Origin: the human T2T-CHM13v2.0 reference genome, Homo sapiens
Direction: 5' to 3' (one strand)
NCBI RefSeq assembly: GCF_009914755.1
Contig: NC_060934.1
DNA length: 64,000 nucleotides
Positions 62,226-64,000 of the stretch are shown here, piece after piece. How positions within the stretch are numbered: position 1 is the stretch's first letter; each line of letters opens with the position of its first letter. The notes beneath the pieces are model-generated. The model worked only from the letters and a program-made list of their open reading frames with translations. It searched no databases and had not been told where the DNA came from. The position numbers and the translations under genes are program-made.

Positions 62226-63214
62226 GGACAGGTGACCTTTAAGCAACTTTCCTACTCTAGGTGTATCTCCACTTAAAAATAGAGAATTAAAATATAGACA
62301 CACTTAAGAAACAGGAGGAAACTTTTCCTTGCTCAATCTAGTCATATAATGGTAAACCTCTTCTGCTAAGATTCAAAGGCTGCAAGGTAAGTAATACTTA
62401 ACTGCTTCTGAGTGCATTAAATAATCGAGCCACAGCTTGAGTCTTGAGGTTGGAAAGGTACTTTCAAATGTCACAGACACTGGGTATTTGGATCAGGAAT
62501 GTGGTCTGGGTGCCTTCCAGACAGAGCCTGCCTGTGCCAGGCTGGCAGGGTCTCAGCACGGCCCAAACCCTGTCTCCCCTGGCTTCTGAGAGCTTTGTTT
62601 CTGCCATGTGGGAAGGAAACTGTCTGGTTCTAGAAATACACCAAAGCACCAAATATATCTGTGGATGCTAGAAGTCTGGAATCAGAGACGATTAGTGCTC
62701 AAAAGAAACTAGCTAGCCACTGTCTAGTTTTCTTCTCTTGCCATTTTAGAGGTGGGGAGCTGTGAGCTCCAGAAAGCTTTGACACGTGTCTGGGAAGTGT
62801 CAGAGATGGGTCTAAACCAATGACTGAGTCTAGTCTCTCCAGCTTATCTCTGTTTGGTTCAAACATTACTTTGTTTTTAGGTATCTGTGAAGATAATAAA
62901 AATCAAGCATGAGTGAAGTAAGAAGGCTAACTCAGGAAATTTAGGACAAGCTCTTTGTGGCAAAAATATACCTAATAAGTTTTGGAATTTTTTCCCCTTT
63001 ATTTCTTCCTTGGGTCTTTTCCCCAAAATGAATGCTTTCAGTGTCTGTTCATCTTTAAAAGTCAACAGTAAGTAGGACTTCATGATAATGGGAATGACTT
63101 CTTTTGCTTTCAGATTTTGCCCGATTGAGGTGAACTACAAATTAAACAAACAAACAAATAAACCAACCTCATACAGAAAAATACTATAAAATTGTTAGCT
63201 TGCAACTGCACTTA

Positions 63215-63549
<335 letters not shown>

Positions 63550-63773
63550 TCAAATATTTATGTACTAGATATTGTTCTAGGTACTAGGGATAAAGCAGTG
63601 AACAAAACACACTAAAAATCAAAAAGCACTTTAATCCTGGAAATTGCTATCTAGCCAGTAAAATATTAGACATGAATTCAATTGGCAATTTGTAGTTATA
63701 GTCTAAATAAATACAGCTTTAAATGTTAACCATCAGACACAATTATGTTATGTGAAAACAGCCTAACATGTAA

Positions 63774-64000
<227 letters not shown>

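Noticed and set aside
62380-63140. Splice-like signals (caag/gtaagt ~62387, ttgtttttag/ 62880, ctttcag/ ~63113)
   Set aside because: Isolated consensus matches with no coherent ORF; cannot be supported without transcript data.

Overview
Primate (very probably human) genomic DNA, dense in Alu, L1, L2, MIR, MaLR/ERV and hAT repeats, with no intact protein-coding exon I can support. Main features: (1) a full-length processed pseudogene of XRCC6/Ku70 on the minus strand (~32626-35659), interrupted by two Alus and by an 18-unit minisatellite that grew out of its own coding sequence; (2) a structurally complete, env-less HERV-L provirus on the minus strand (54860-61704) with two MLT2A-type LTRs, a 5-bp TSD, a tRNA-Leu PBS and decayed gag/pol/dUTPase; (3) two truncated primate L1s, one of which splits an MST LTR next to a CpG island with no evident gene (~46900-47420); (4) a compact cluster of nuclear-receptor half-sites (DR2+IR2+DR1) at 225-253. 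I found no evidence for a new multi-gene system. The most unusual signal is a set of local copying scars: a ~46-bp flank duplication plus a ~110-bp patchwork at an L1 5' junction, a 19-bp flank-derived insertion in HERV-L pol, a ~200-bp inverted duplication 5 kb apart, and a ~110-bp direct duplication. Repeat subfamily names come from my recall of consensus sequences and need RepeatMasker/Dfam confirmation. Boundaries of old repeats are approximate.
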